Assembly: GCA_964016885.1 (NCBI GenBank)
Contig: OZ024758.1
Span: forward strand, 19,716,001 to 19,780,000
From: Eledone cirrhosa
Taxonomy: Eukaryota
Direction: 5' to 3'
DNA: 64,000 nucleotides
Shown here one piece after another: positions 20,267 through 38,025 of the stretch (position 1 is the first letter of the stretch; each line of letters starts with the position of its first letter). Under the pieces are notes generated by a model. That model was given only the letters and a program-made list of their open reading frames with translations, was not told where the DNA came from and searched no databases. Position numbers and translations under genes: made by a program.

Positions 20267-20458
20267 GGGCACGGATTGGCAGTATCACTAGAGGGTCGGA
20301 CGCCATGCGTTGCATCACAGTTGGGTCCCTTTACGGACCGAGTTCAAATCCCGCCAAGGTTAACTTTGCCTTTCATCCTTACGGGGGTCGATAAAATAAA
20401 GTACCAGTAATACACTGGTATAATTGGTGGCCTTGTGCCAAAATTAGACACGATTATT
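20267..20458 (+). mobile_element. tRNA-derived SINE, full length
   Basis: A/B boxes, core ttaactttgcctttcatccttacgggggtcgataaaataaagtacc, tail. Confidence 0.9.
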
Positions 20459-20609
20459 GCTATTAGTGTTGTCACAGCTTCTATCACAATGCAAATGTAA
20501 CCTAAGCAAACAAGAAAGAACAGCCGCCCTCCCAATGTCTTCGCCTCCATATATGTGCGCCCCCCCATCCCTCCCATGTGTCTGTATGGTTACCAAATGT
20601 GGCCCAGCA

Positions 20610-20661
<52 letters not shown>

Positions 20662-21204
20662 TATATAAATAATCTCGTTCTATATATATATATATATATG
20701 GAAGAGATTGGTATCAGTACTTAATTTGTTCATATTTTAGAGTAAAGAAAGAGGAGTCGTTCACTAAGCGGGAATCGAAGGCAATGTTTAACTAAAATCC
20801 GGTTTAACTTTTGCTGGACAATCTATCATTTGTGATACCTTTCCACCGTTCTTTTGCTATCAGTATCAACCAGAGTTGCAAAAATCAGTCAGAGTTACAA
20901 ATGAAATGAAAAGTAAAGGCAGCAGAGAACAATATCAGAAAAGTCATTACATTCTTTGTACTAAATGACTTTGATGTAAACATGTTTTGATGTAAAATAT
21001 CAAAGTTGATCTCACAACTTATAATTACTCTTCGCATGTAAATAATTTTGGAACATGAAACTGAAAGTTCAAAAGAGAGCATTTATTCCATTCCAATCGA
21101 AACGTAAATTCTAGTTCAATTAAATTTAAGGGCTTGGTTGCTACCCATAACAAATCACTTTCATGTTATAGAGGATACATTTTAAGGTGGACATTATATC
21201 TAAA

Positions 21205-26250
<5,046 letters not shown>

Positions 26251-27437
26251 TTTATTTGTTTCTGGATAAGAATGACCACATTGAAAGATAAGGAAGGGGA
26301 ACAGACGAAATGCTGACCATATTATACAACCATACGTGTTTCACTAATAAATAATTTATATTGAAAACTAACATCATTGAGGAAATACTAAACTATTTGT
26401 TAACATATTCGAAATTATACCTAAGTATGTATCTCTTCAAATTTCCCAGATGATCATATTTTTTATAAAGAAGCTTAAACTCATCATATAATTCGTAAGG
26501 AATATATATTTACATATTTTGTCTATGCACATTTATTTTCCTGTAATGCATATTAGATATTTCTTATTTAATTGTATCCCTGTATTAATAAACATATTTC
26601 TAACGCAATTGACATCTACGACAAATATTAATGTTTCCGTTGAAACCCAAATTATATAACGTTTGTATCCAGATTTTGAGCAGCGGCATATAGTATATAT
26701 ATTTTTTTCTTTAACCAGATATAGAAATGTTTACGTATTGCTTAATGTATACATTACTTGTGCATGCTATATTGTCTAATAATTTACACTTTGTTTTCTG
26801 AATAGGCATCAGGCGTTAAGAATTAGTTGTTTGTTTTAGATTCGTTAATCATTATATTTTCGTTAATTTCTTTAAGTCTACTTGCCTGAAGTTATCTATA
26901 TGGGTATGTTTAGATAATATCGTTCATAAAAGAAACACTACTAGATGTTCGACAACATATTTCGATTAGATTTTCCCAACCAGTTTACAATATATCATAA
27001 TTGTTTTACATTATTATAATCTCCAATACAAAATGTATATTACTTCAAATCTTGATCTTGCATGTGTAAGCCTGAAGATAAATGCTGAGGTTTTTATAAT
27101 ATTTTATTTCTTTGCATTAGAAACGTGTTTTCAATTGCATGTCCTATTTGTTTCTTTTTTCCCATTTATCAGGACAATTCTTTAATTGTTTTCGTTATTT
27201 TGACGCAATAACTTGTTTTCTAATTGATTGTAGATATGATTGGCCAGCAGCGAGGAATTTTGTCTTCTACTTAGCTACTTGCAATTTTTTATAACATTTT
27301 CTATGAAAGATTACTTGTTATAATGATATTTATATATACTATGTTTTATATATTCATGTAGCCTCCTATTATATTATATTGTCGAGATATAGTTAGAGAG
27401 ACAAGTTAGCAGAGTTGTTAGAGAAGCGAATATAATA

Positions 27438-28255
27438 TCAATGGCCAAGAAACCCCACACAGATAGATGGAACGGGTGGACCAGAGCCATACGGACACCC
27501 GAAAACCACGATGAACTGAAGAAAATGATTGCACATGCGGTAGGGGCCAGCATAAAACTAACCCTTAAGGAACATATGTTCAAATTTAATGGAAAAACAT
27601 ATGCCAAGAGGAAGGAGCAGCCATTGGTGTTAGAATTGCAGGCGACATAGCTAACTTATTCATGGTAAGGTGGGACAGTAGACTTAAACTTAAACTCAAA
27701 GAACAAATAGAAGACCCCTTAACCCTGATAATGTACACCCGCTACGTAGATGATATAAACATCGTAGTTAAGAAACCCCCACTAGAGAACAGTCAGGAAC
27801 TAGAGAAAAAGACAATGGAAAGCATCCAGCAAATAGCAAACTCCATCCACCAGAGCATTAGAGATACTATAGAACCATCGATTACCTGTACTAGACACAG
27901 AGCTCTGGTTAGATACCATTAACAACAAAAAACAAATCCTCCATTCCCATTATGCCAAACCCATGACTTCCAAACTTCTGATCCACCGAAACTCGGCCAT
28001 TTCGGACCATACCAAAATCAACATACTGATTGCGGATTTGGTACGGGTGATGAGAAATGTGTCCCGCATGTGCAACCCCGAAGAACTAGAGAGACACATA
28101 TAACACTTCATCCACCGTATGCAGTTCTCTGGCTACAATCAGAGAGATAGAATCAGAGTGTATAAAGGAGCCAGAACCAAATGGGAAAAAATGGTAAATA
28201 ATGACATAAATGGGACCTGCCCCTTGTACAGGAGCAAATTTTGGAATAGAATAGA
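27438..28255 (+). pseudogene. Second PLE family A RT fragment
   Basis: Homologous to 17338-18085: KKPHTDRWNGW, FKFNGKTY, MYTRYVDDINIVVK, LPVLDTELW, HYAKPMTSKLLIHRNSA; frameshifted. Confidence 0.88.
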
Positions 28256-28529
28256 AGTGAGAAATAATGTAGGATAAAGTGTGTGTGTGTGCTATAACCA
28301 ATCTCAAGGTCAGAATATGTTGGATAGATTGGTATGAGACAGATGTTAAGATGAGATATTCAAACTAAATGTGTTTGTGTTATAATCAATCTCAACTTAA
28401 AAATAAATATAAGGTGATACAGTGAAGAGGGCAGAAAACAAATAAAACATTAATAAAGAGAAATCAAGATTTAAGATTGGAACTTGAAAATCAGAAATCT
28501 AGTAAATTAAAAGTGTTTGTGTTATAGAT

Positions 28530-29151
28530 GTTGGCCAAATTATTATGGCTGTGTCCGATTCTATCTCTAGGCTATCATGGTGTCTGCTCCGCCTGGGTTG
28601 TTACCTATGGCTTGAGGGGAGTTCACAACCTAGGGTGTTGTTATTGCCCATATATCTTGAGGGAGGTCTGGCCGAGAGGTGTTTTCATGTTCTGTAGAAG
28701 TCCCTATAGCTTGAGGGGAGTTCACATCTTGTTGTGTTGCTACTGTCCATATATCTAGAGAAAGGCTCTAAGGTGTCTGCATGTCCCGAAGAAGTCGGTT
28801 CTGAGGTTTATCAGGCCGCTTCCACCTCTTAGTATCTCGAGGGTCTTGTTCAGGCATAGTTTGCATATGCAAGATCCCCCTTTATCGGGTGGTACTTTCC
28901 TGATTATGTACCAGGCCAGAGAGTATGGGGTCCTGTCCAGCTTAAGCTTCCAGATCAGGTCGAAGAGAGCTGTGCTTTTCCTTTTGGCCTCCTTCTTGAA
29001 TGAATGGCGATGGTTGTACCAGCGGTCCTTAAAGGTCGTTGATGTGGCTCCTATGTAGAGGTGTTCGGCGTTGGGGGTTTTAACCCTACAACCGTACACT
29101 AGGTTCTTTGTAGGGTTAAAACCCCAAACTCCGAACACCTCTACATAGGAG
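28530..29151 (-). mobile_element. PLE family B fragment: GIY-YIG endonuclease C-terminus (Naiad-like signature), repeated 3' UTR and 5' foldback
   Basis: ORF 28755-29138(-): NLVYGC..YIGATSTTFKDRWYNHRHSF..STAL..IWKLK..W.I..CKLCL..LINLR..CRH. Two ~100-bp-period repeats at ~28603-28757. 44-bp inverted repeat 29048-29091/29108-29151. Confidence 0.8.
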
Positions 29152-30034
29152 TCATTCCATCTATTGTGCCGTTTTCTGTTGATCTATAACTTCAAGCGAT
29201 ATCTGAACGACTAAAAACGAACAGACCCATTACATTCCTTTGTATCTTAAAGTTATTGTTTCCTGAATTTCGAGCTAGAGCATTCTGGAAAATTTTTCAA
29301 GAATGCTGATTGCGGTCTGTGAGACATTTCCCAGTTATTTCTCGCACATCCAGCTACTATATCGTGAATGCATTATTTATATACGTGGTGTGAAGTGTAC
29401 GAATGTTCATAAATATGAGGAGAATTTCCATTATATACTGTGTGCACTCAATGACAAAAACACTAGAATGTAACAACTATATAATCAATCAAGCGTATTA
29501 TTTGAAAAATAAATTAATAATAGATATATACGAATGAACATATAATTGTTGTAAAATGTCTCTGCTATATTATTCATTGTCTTCTTTATTAATACGGTTG
29601 ATTTAGCATGCACATATTAATTGAAATTGTACGTGGAGCAACGCATTCAAGCATAAAATTACTACCTTATTAACAATTATATGTGTCTCCTGTTGGTTAT
29701 TACCTTAGATATTCTGATGGCAAATTAATTATTTTGTTAGATTCCGATGCTTTTCTGTCTGGTAATATGCATCAAATATTCATAAATTAATATAATTATT
29801 CTATGTTATGTTATCTGTTGGCAGATAATTATACATAGCTATTCGTGTTTTAAAAAAAGTTTAAGGATATTTTAGGCATTTTAGGAAGCCCAAGTTTACT
29901 AACATTTTCCTCTCATCTACTTTTCTCTCTTCCCTTTCATTGCTTCTCTCTCCTACACTATGTACCCCCCCCCCATATATATATATATATATACGATATT
30001 AAATAAATGGAAACTATATTTATAAAACCATATT

Positions 30035-30100
30035 TATTTCATTATATATATTTCAGGGATATCATATTAAAAATATGGTATGCCTTCTTCAGACAAAATA
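30035..30100 (-). ncRNA. Type I hammerhead ribozyme (mirror copy of 30631-30696)
   Basis: Reverse complement of the plus-strand motif. Confidence 0.75.
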
Positions 30101-30328
30101 CAATATAAACAGTCTTATAAATAGATAGATTTGACATACCTTACAACTTCAACTTCCATTTAAAAAGTTGATTTGGTAGTGAAAAATGTTAGGGACAGTT
30201 ATAAAAAGAAAGAAAAAAAGCGAAGAAAAAGAAGAAATGCATGCAACTAAACAGAGAGAGATAGATATAGAAAAGAAATTCATGTAAAGAAACAGATAGA
30301 GAGAGAAAACACACAGAGGGAGATAGAT

Positions 30329-30360
<32 letters not shown>

Positions 30361-30630
30361 AAAAATAGAGAGAGATAGATGTAGATAGAGATAGAGAGAA
30401 AGAAAATAGGTAGTTGGGCACCAGTTGAATGACGTACAATGATATATTTATTTATTTATTTAGTTCTAGTATTAAGGTAGAGAGAGATATATGTGGTTAG
30501 GAGAGAAAACAGCCGTTACATAGAGAGAAAAGAAAAATATCCAGAGATAAACGAGCAAATCAACTTTTTAAATGGAAGTTGAAGTTGTAAGGTATGTCAA
30601 ATATATCTATTTATAAGACTGTTTATATTG

Positions 30631-30696
30631 TATTTTGTCTGAAGAAGGCATACCATATTTTTAATATGATATCCCTGAAATATATATAATGAAATA
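30631..30696 (+). ncRNA. Type I hammerhead ribozyme
   Basis: tattttgt-CTGAAGA(30639-45)-aggcataccatatt/ttt/aatatgatatccct-GAAA(30677-80)-tatata-TA-atgaaata; stem I 8 bp with two GU pairs; palindromic stem III; predicted cut after 30688 (AUA). Confidence 0.75.
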
Positions 30697-30844
30697 AATA
30701 TGGTTTTATAAATATAGTTTCCATTTATTTAATATCGTAATTATACTCCAAATACTTGTTGAGTGCTTTTATATCTGTTATAAATATTTACTCGTTGTAA
30801 CCCAACAATTTAAATAAAACTTTGCATATATATATATATATATA

Positions 30845-31050
30845 AATGTGAAGACTGAAATGCAAAGAGGGTTCGATAAGGATAAATATATATCAAATAT
30901 ATAGGAACCCTAGAGCAAATATATATTAAAATAACAGATTAAGCAAATAATCGCTGATTTCACCCTTAACGGGATCTTCAGATGATCCCGTTAAGGCTGA
31001 AAGCAGTGTTTCTTTGCTTACACTTTAATGAGTTATTTTACTAAATAATT
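30845..31050 (-). mobile_element. Short pLTR-type foldback with two truncated hammerhead copies joined at their cores
   Basis: Minus strand: CTGAAGA(30981-75)-tcccgttaagggt-GAAA-tcagcga-TT. Plus strand: cagatga-tcccgttaaggct-GAAA-gcagtgt-TT. Same family at ~50220-50303 and 56130-56209. Confidence 0.65.
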
Positions 31051-31107
31051 AAATATATATATATATATATAGAGACAGAGAGAGAGTGAGAGAGATAAGA
31101 TAAACAT

Positions 31108-31282
31108 AATTGTTTCTACTTTTGGCACAAGGTCAGCAATTACAAGACTGCATTATTGGTGCTTTATTTTATCAACCCCCTTAAAATGAAAGGAAAAGTT
31201 AAACTCGGTGGAATTTGAACCCAAAACGTAACTATGTTTTAAATATTGGCCACCGACCCTCTACCGATACGGCCAATCGGCC
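31108..31282 (-). mobile_element. tRNA-derived SINE, diverged
   Basis: tgtttctacttttggcacaagg...atgaaaggaaaagttaaactcggtggaatttgaac...ctaccgatacggccaatc. Confidence 0.85.
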
Positions 31283-31321
31283 AATACATGCAAATACCAA
31301 TACATCCTAATAGAAAACGAT

Positions 31322-31358
<37 letters not shown>

Positions 31359-31360
<2 letters not shown>

Positions 31361-31736
31361 GAACAAGTAAGACCCCGACGGCTGAGCTCAAGCCGTTTCG
31401 ACGGCTAATTCTGGACTGAATGAAAGTTTATTCTGGTATTTAAATAGCCGAGCTTATCAAGGGGTAATTCCATATATGGTCAAAGAGATAATCACCAGGA
31501 TTGGTCGCATCACAAGTTAGTAGTAAATCTGTGATTATCTCTTTGACCATATATGGAATTACCCCTTGCTAAGCTCGGCTATTTAAATACCAGAATAAAC
31601 TTTCATTCAGTCCAGAATTAGCCGTCGAAACGGCTTGAGCTCAGTCTTACTCGTTCCTATTACCCACTCTACTACCCTAAGTATTGAGTACTTTGGTGCG
31701 TTATGGTCCACCTGGTTCCTTACCACATTTCCTTCG

Positions 31737-31738
<2 letters not shown>
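31359..31738 (+). mobile_element. pLTR-type foldback insertion (arms 31359-31495 / 31531-31658), TA-flanked; family shared with 55594-55790
   Basis: Reverse-complement arms around a 35-bp spacer; right arm has a 9-nt deletion and extends to ccttcgtt + (AT)n. Confidence 0.8.
31372..31465 (-). ncRNA. Type I hammerhead ribozyme with variant U3-A8 core (UUGAUAA)
   Basis: Minus strand: ACCCC-UUGAUAA-gcuCGGCUA...UAGCCGuc-GAAA-CGGCU-ugagcuc-AGCCG-UC-GGGGU; all three stems pair; cleavage triplet GUC. Confidence 0.75.
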
Positions 31739-31778
<40 letters not shown>

Positions 31779-32111
31779 TGTATGTTTGTGTATACATTTA
31801 CAGCACAATACTCGTCAGACATCATGCATCCAGTTTGACTCAGTAAAACCATCTATGTTTGTTTTGTGCAGGAACAGTGTTTGATGTCAAGAATTCTAAA
31901 TAATTCGTTTCAGAAGTGCGGGAATTTAATCATTCTGACAGTAATTTACTGAAACATTACCATACGTTGCAGTTTACACGAACAAAGAGCAGCTGCTGAA
32001 ACATATACAATATGCCTAGCCGCCATTAATCACAGTTTCTTAAACCAGTACATATTATTTAAAAAATCCCACCAACCTGTTGTATATACACATAGAAACT
32101 ATACAGTGTCA

Positions 32112-32294
32112 AATAATTGTTTCTACCTTGGGCACAAGGCCATCAATTATCCCAGTGTATTACTGGTACTTTATTATATCGACCCCTTAAGGATGAACGG
32201 CAAAGTTTAACTCGACTGGATTTGAATTCGGACCGTAAAGGGACGTAACTATTCCAGAAAGCATGGCGTCCGACACCCTACCGATACTGCCAAT
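32112..32294 (-). mobile_element. tRNA-derived SINE
   Basis: Full core on the reverse strand; flanked by agtgtc(a/t)aataat repeats. Confidence 0.9.
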
Positions 32295-32301
32295 AGTGTC
32301 T

Positions 32302-32410
32302 AATAATTGTTTCTGCTTTTGGTACAAGGCCAGCAATAAACCATTGCATTACTGGTACTTTATTTTATCGACTCCATAAGGATGAAAGGAAAAGTTAACC
32401 TCGCCGGAAT
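32302..32410 (-). mobile_element. 5'-truncated SINE in tandem with the previous copy
   Basis: Tail plus core up to aacctcgccggaat; flanked by gtgtctaataat on both sides. Confidence 0.85.
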
Positions 32411-32903
32411 GTGTCTAATAATATTAAGTTATCACATAGTGCATAGTGTAAACTATGGCGCATCCATTCCACTCTGTAAATACGAAACTCCTGATGACAA
32501 TAATATCCATGTATCTATATCATTGCTCAGTTGAATAGGAGGTTTATTATATGTACAAACATGGCTACTGCTCCGATGACTACACATGCCCGATGATTCA
32601 AACGAAAGTTTGGAAGAAACGATTGTCAGCAATAAAATGATTTGAACATAGCTTTGATTATTGTGTAATTTATATTCCTGCTATGTAAAACGTCTGATGT
32701 ATTTACATTAAGCTTTTTTTCTTACTGGTAATAAGGTAGCAATACATTACTGACCTTTCCTCCTTATAATTGTATATAGTGTATACATAACTATAAATGA
32801 TATATTATTATTATACACATATATATACATATATATGTATATACATATATATATATACGTATATATACATATATATATATATATATATAAATATATATAT
32901 ATT

Positions 32904-33234
32904 ATTTCGTTTCTGAATTTATTTAGCAAGATTCTTTATCTGAAATCGTGTGTTGAAACCGATATTGTTATACTTTGGGAGGGTCATGTTGCCAATAAGA
33001 AACATACGCACCAGTTGTTTTCACTTCAATTTATCATAATAAATTTATAATAAATTTATAAATTTATAAATTTCTAGTTTATTTATTTGTTTATTTACAT
33101 GTTACTGGTTGGTTGTTTGTTCTACGTGTGTGTGTGTTTTCATTTTGTCCTTAATTGTAAGTCGTGATGTTGCTGTTCCATTCATATTTTCTATTTAATT
33201 TTGGTTGTAATTATTTTATGTTTATTGCCTCTGT
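32904..33234 (-). mobile_element. PLE family A 3' end (end of ORF + pLTR), TA-flanked
   Basis: Reverse complement of ~18328-18682 (TEAIN..QPKLNRKYEWNSNIT; tgaccctcccaaag.ataacaatat), extended to gaaacgaaat. Confidence 0.85.
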
Positions 33235-33248
33235 AATATATATACACA

Positions 33249-33298
<50 letters not shown>

Positions 33299-33469
33299 TA
33301 TACATATTTATATATATAAATGTATATATATATTTATATATACATATATATATGTATATACATAGTTATATATACATATATATATATGTATATACATAGT
33401 TATATATACACATATATATATATATATATATACATAGTTATATATACATATATATATATATATACATAG

Positions 33470-33517
<48 letters not shown>

Positions 33518-33974
33518 ACACATATTTAAATGTGTATACATATATATCTATATATGTATATACATATATATATATAGATATATGTATATATATATATATA
33601 AATATGTGTATACATATATATATATATAAATAAATATGTATATAGATATTTATATATATATATATAGATGTATACACATATTTATATATATGTATATACA
33701 TATTTATATATATATATATATATAAATAAATATGTATATGTATATACATATTAATATATATATGTATATACATATTTATATATATATATATATAAGTATA
33801 TACATATTTATATATATATATATATATAAGTATATACATATTTATATATATATATATATATGTATATACATATTTATATATATATATATATATATGTATA
33901 TACATATTTATATATATATATATATATATATGTATATACATATTTATATATATATATATATATATGTATATACA

Positions 33975-34012
<38 letters not shown>

Positions 34013-34132
34013 CATATTTATATATATATATATATATGTACACACATATATATATTTATATAAATATATGTATATACATATGTATATAAATATATGTATA
34101 TACATATTTATATATATATATATATATATATT
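33235..34132. repeat. (TA)n compound microsatellite with tatacatattta units
   Basis: Direct inspection. Confidence 0.95.
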
Positions 34133-36047
34133 TCTGTGTGTGTGTTTGTGTGCATGTAAAAGGCAAACAACATTTATAATCTCAATGCATTTCAGGTTAT
34201 GTAAGTACAGTAAATATATGTCAACATTTATTTGCTTATTTATTGATTATCAATTTACGTTGTACGCATCCTCAAGGGACGGTAATTACACTCCAGTATC
34301 CTTAATCATCTGCTGGCATTGATAAACAGATAAAGAAACAGTGTCTACATTCAATTGTAAGTTCCATATTTTCCGACTCGTACAAGATGGTAACGTGTTT
34401 AGAAAGAGAAAAAAATACAATATCAAATTATTCAGGAATATAGCCAACAATATCATGACAATTTTGTTATCACGTTATCAAATACTAAACCAGATGACTA
34501 ACATTTTGAGGATATTTCATTAGGAAATAATTTTAGTGCTTTAGTAACAGAGGGTGTAGTATAAATTGTGATACGAAAATGTTCAGTCAAAGGAAGGCAC
34601 ACCTAGTTAATACAGAAAAGCCCTTAAGATATTAGTAGCGATAAGAGGGACAGACAACCGCTGAGTTCCTGCCATTTAGCCCTTCAAGCAAATGTTATAC
34701 TGAGAGTTTTTTTATGTTAGGAATCCCTGCAAATCACGCCAGGTTGTAGAGTGCTTGTCCCCATAACTGCTCCTATAAATAAATGCCATCTATGTACGGA
34801 CGTAAAGTGGCCGTCTCCTAATCCCAGTCTCCCATTTTCTCTCTTACAATCGGCAAGTTTAAATAAGCCTAAGAGTAAGTGTTAATAAAGACATCATAGA
34901 AATCATTTCCCTTCCTCCCTAGACACGTTAAGAAAGGGATTGTTTTATTCACCATACTGGCGATGGATTGCTTATCGATTAAAGGCCTGTCTTTGGTATG
35001 GCATAAATGACATTAGTTTAATATGTGCGACTTCCATGAGCAGCATTTTTTTATTTGTGACCATATAATATTTTGGCCAGTATTTTTTGAGCAAGTCTGA
35101 CGACACGTTTTGTTATTCTTTCATCAATTATTCTCCCTCATTTCTACCGGCATTAATGTTGACAAGTATCTATATAGATAGTTGAGTTAATATAAATGTG
35201 AATCTTGCAAACTCGTATGTAATTCTATTTAAAAAAAAATTATCAACTACATTCGTCTAACTATTCTCTGTTTTATATGACCGGAGGAAATAACAAATGT
35301 TATCTTCCTAATCTCTGAAAACTATGCATGAAATACCGAAGTTTATTACAGTAACGTAGCATATTGTTTCTCATTTTAATGAGATTCTCACTTCAATTTC
35401 ACAATGAAATATGAGAATGCATTTAAGTAAAATGTCGTCTGCTGACGTTACATTTTGCAATAAGTATATTTTTCTGTAAATTTCATTATTTCAATTCATT
35501 ATGATTATTTATACACAAGCCAATTTAGGTATATACACAATATGCTAATTGGTATTTGTGTTGCAAAATACACACGTGATGTTTGTTGTTTAACTACATT
35601 TCAAGGAAAATTATTCAAATAACAATATCCGGTTTTTGCACATTCTCCTATGTTAGAAAAAGTAAGGAGAATAGGAAAAGAATTAGTTTATTTTCTAGTG
35701 GAGCCAGAGAACGAACATATCTGGCTCTTCTGCATAATTATTGTTTTAATATGAATACATGTATTTCAAGCGAGGTAGCTGATTGAAACTTCGTGTTTAA
35801 CTTATATCTCATCGGGCTTTTCTACACAATAGAGATGATAACTATTCTAGACAGGCTTACTAACAGTATTTGAAAATCGTTCAATATTAAATACAATATT
35901 TACGTGGAGGCACTCAAGACATGGATCAATGGCGGTCAGAAAGTTTCTGAAAGTATTAGAGAAGGCAATTATTTAATGCTGAACGCCTTTAGTAATAAAG
36001 ATGTTTCTTCAGATGTTTTGAACATTAAAACTAATTTACTGTAACGA

Positions 36048-37390
<1,343 letters not shown>

Positions 37391-37617
37391 CTGCCTGGTG
37401 GTGGTGCTTCTAAATTAAACATGGCCAGTGCGAATGCAGGCCGAAATCCATCAAAGTGTGTGTGTGTGTGTGTGTATGTATGTATATATATATATGAATT
37501 ATTGCCGTAGAAAAGGAAAGGAGAGTGCTCTATGTATGCTCCTTCTGATGAACGGTTTCAGACGCCTGTGTTGAGCTCACCTGTTTTCGTGAAGCCTATA
37601 TATGTATATATATATAT

Positions 37618-38025
37618 GTGTGTTTGTGGAAACCGATATTGTTATGTTTTGGGAGGGTCATGTTGCAAATAAGAAACACACGCATCAGTGCGTTCACTTC
37701 AATTTATTATAATTTAAATTTCATAAATTCACGAATTTATAAATTTACGGTTGGTTGGTTGGCTCCACAACCAGACGATTGTTCATATATTGTCAAAGTT
37801 ATTTCGTCACACATTATCTGACGTCCGACGCCATCTTGTTTTTGTGTGTGCTGTGTACTTAGTTTGCGCATGTTACATCCGGGTGTATGTGTGTGTTTAT
37901 ATTTGTTTGTTTATTTGTGTATTTACTTGTTACTGGTTTGTTGTTTGTTCTATGTGTGTATGTGTTTTAATTTTGTCCTTAACTGTAAGTTGTGATGCAA
38001 GTTGTCCTTAATTGTATGTTGTATT
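37618..38025 (-). mobile_element. PLE family A pLTR; hammerhead core removed by a deletion
   Basis: Reverse complement of the 41418-41676 and 18400-18682 copies; keeps gtcagataatgtgtgac-GAAA-taac-TT-tgac but lacks the upstream CTGAGGA. Confidence 0.85.

Larger units (their letters stand above)
29992..30826 (+). mobile_element. PLE-type pLTR insertion with 184-bp inverted arms (29992-30175 / 30556-30739), TA-flanked
   Basis: Arms are near-perfect reverse complements; each contains a hammerhead; (TA)n on both sides. Confidence 0.8.

Noticed and set aside
28530-28760. CRISPR-like repeats, a SECIS element or the 76-aa plus-strand ORF
   Set aside because: It is only a two-copy diverged duplication in a PLE 3' UTR; no spacers, no convincing SECIS fold and no in-frame UGA in the adjacent ORF.
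31561-31658. Functional plus-strand copy of the U3-A8 hammerhead
   Set aside because: The core is mutated (ttgctaa) and a 9-nt deletion removes the cleavage site and part of stems I and III.
37546-37640. Hammerhead starting at CTGATGA 37546
   Set aside because: No stem II closing onto a GAAA; the next GAAA belongs to a separate element across a microsatellite.
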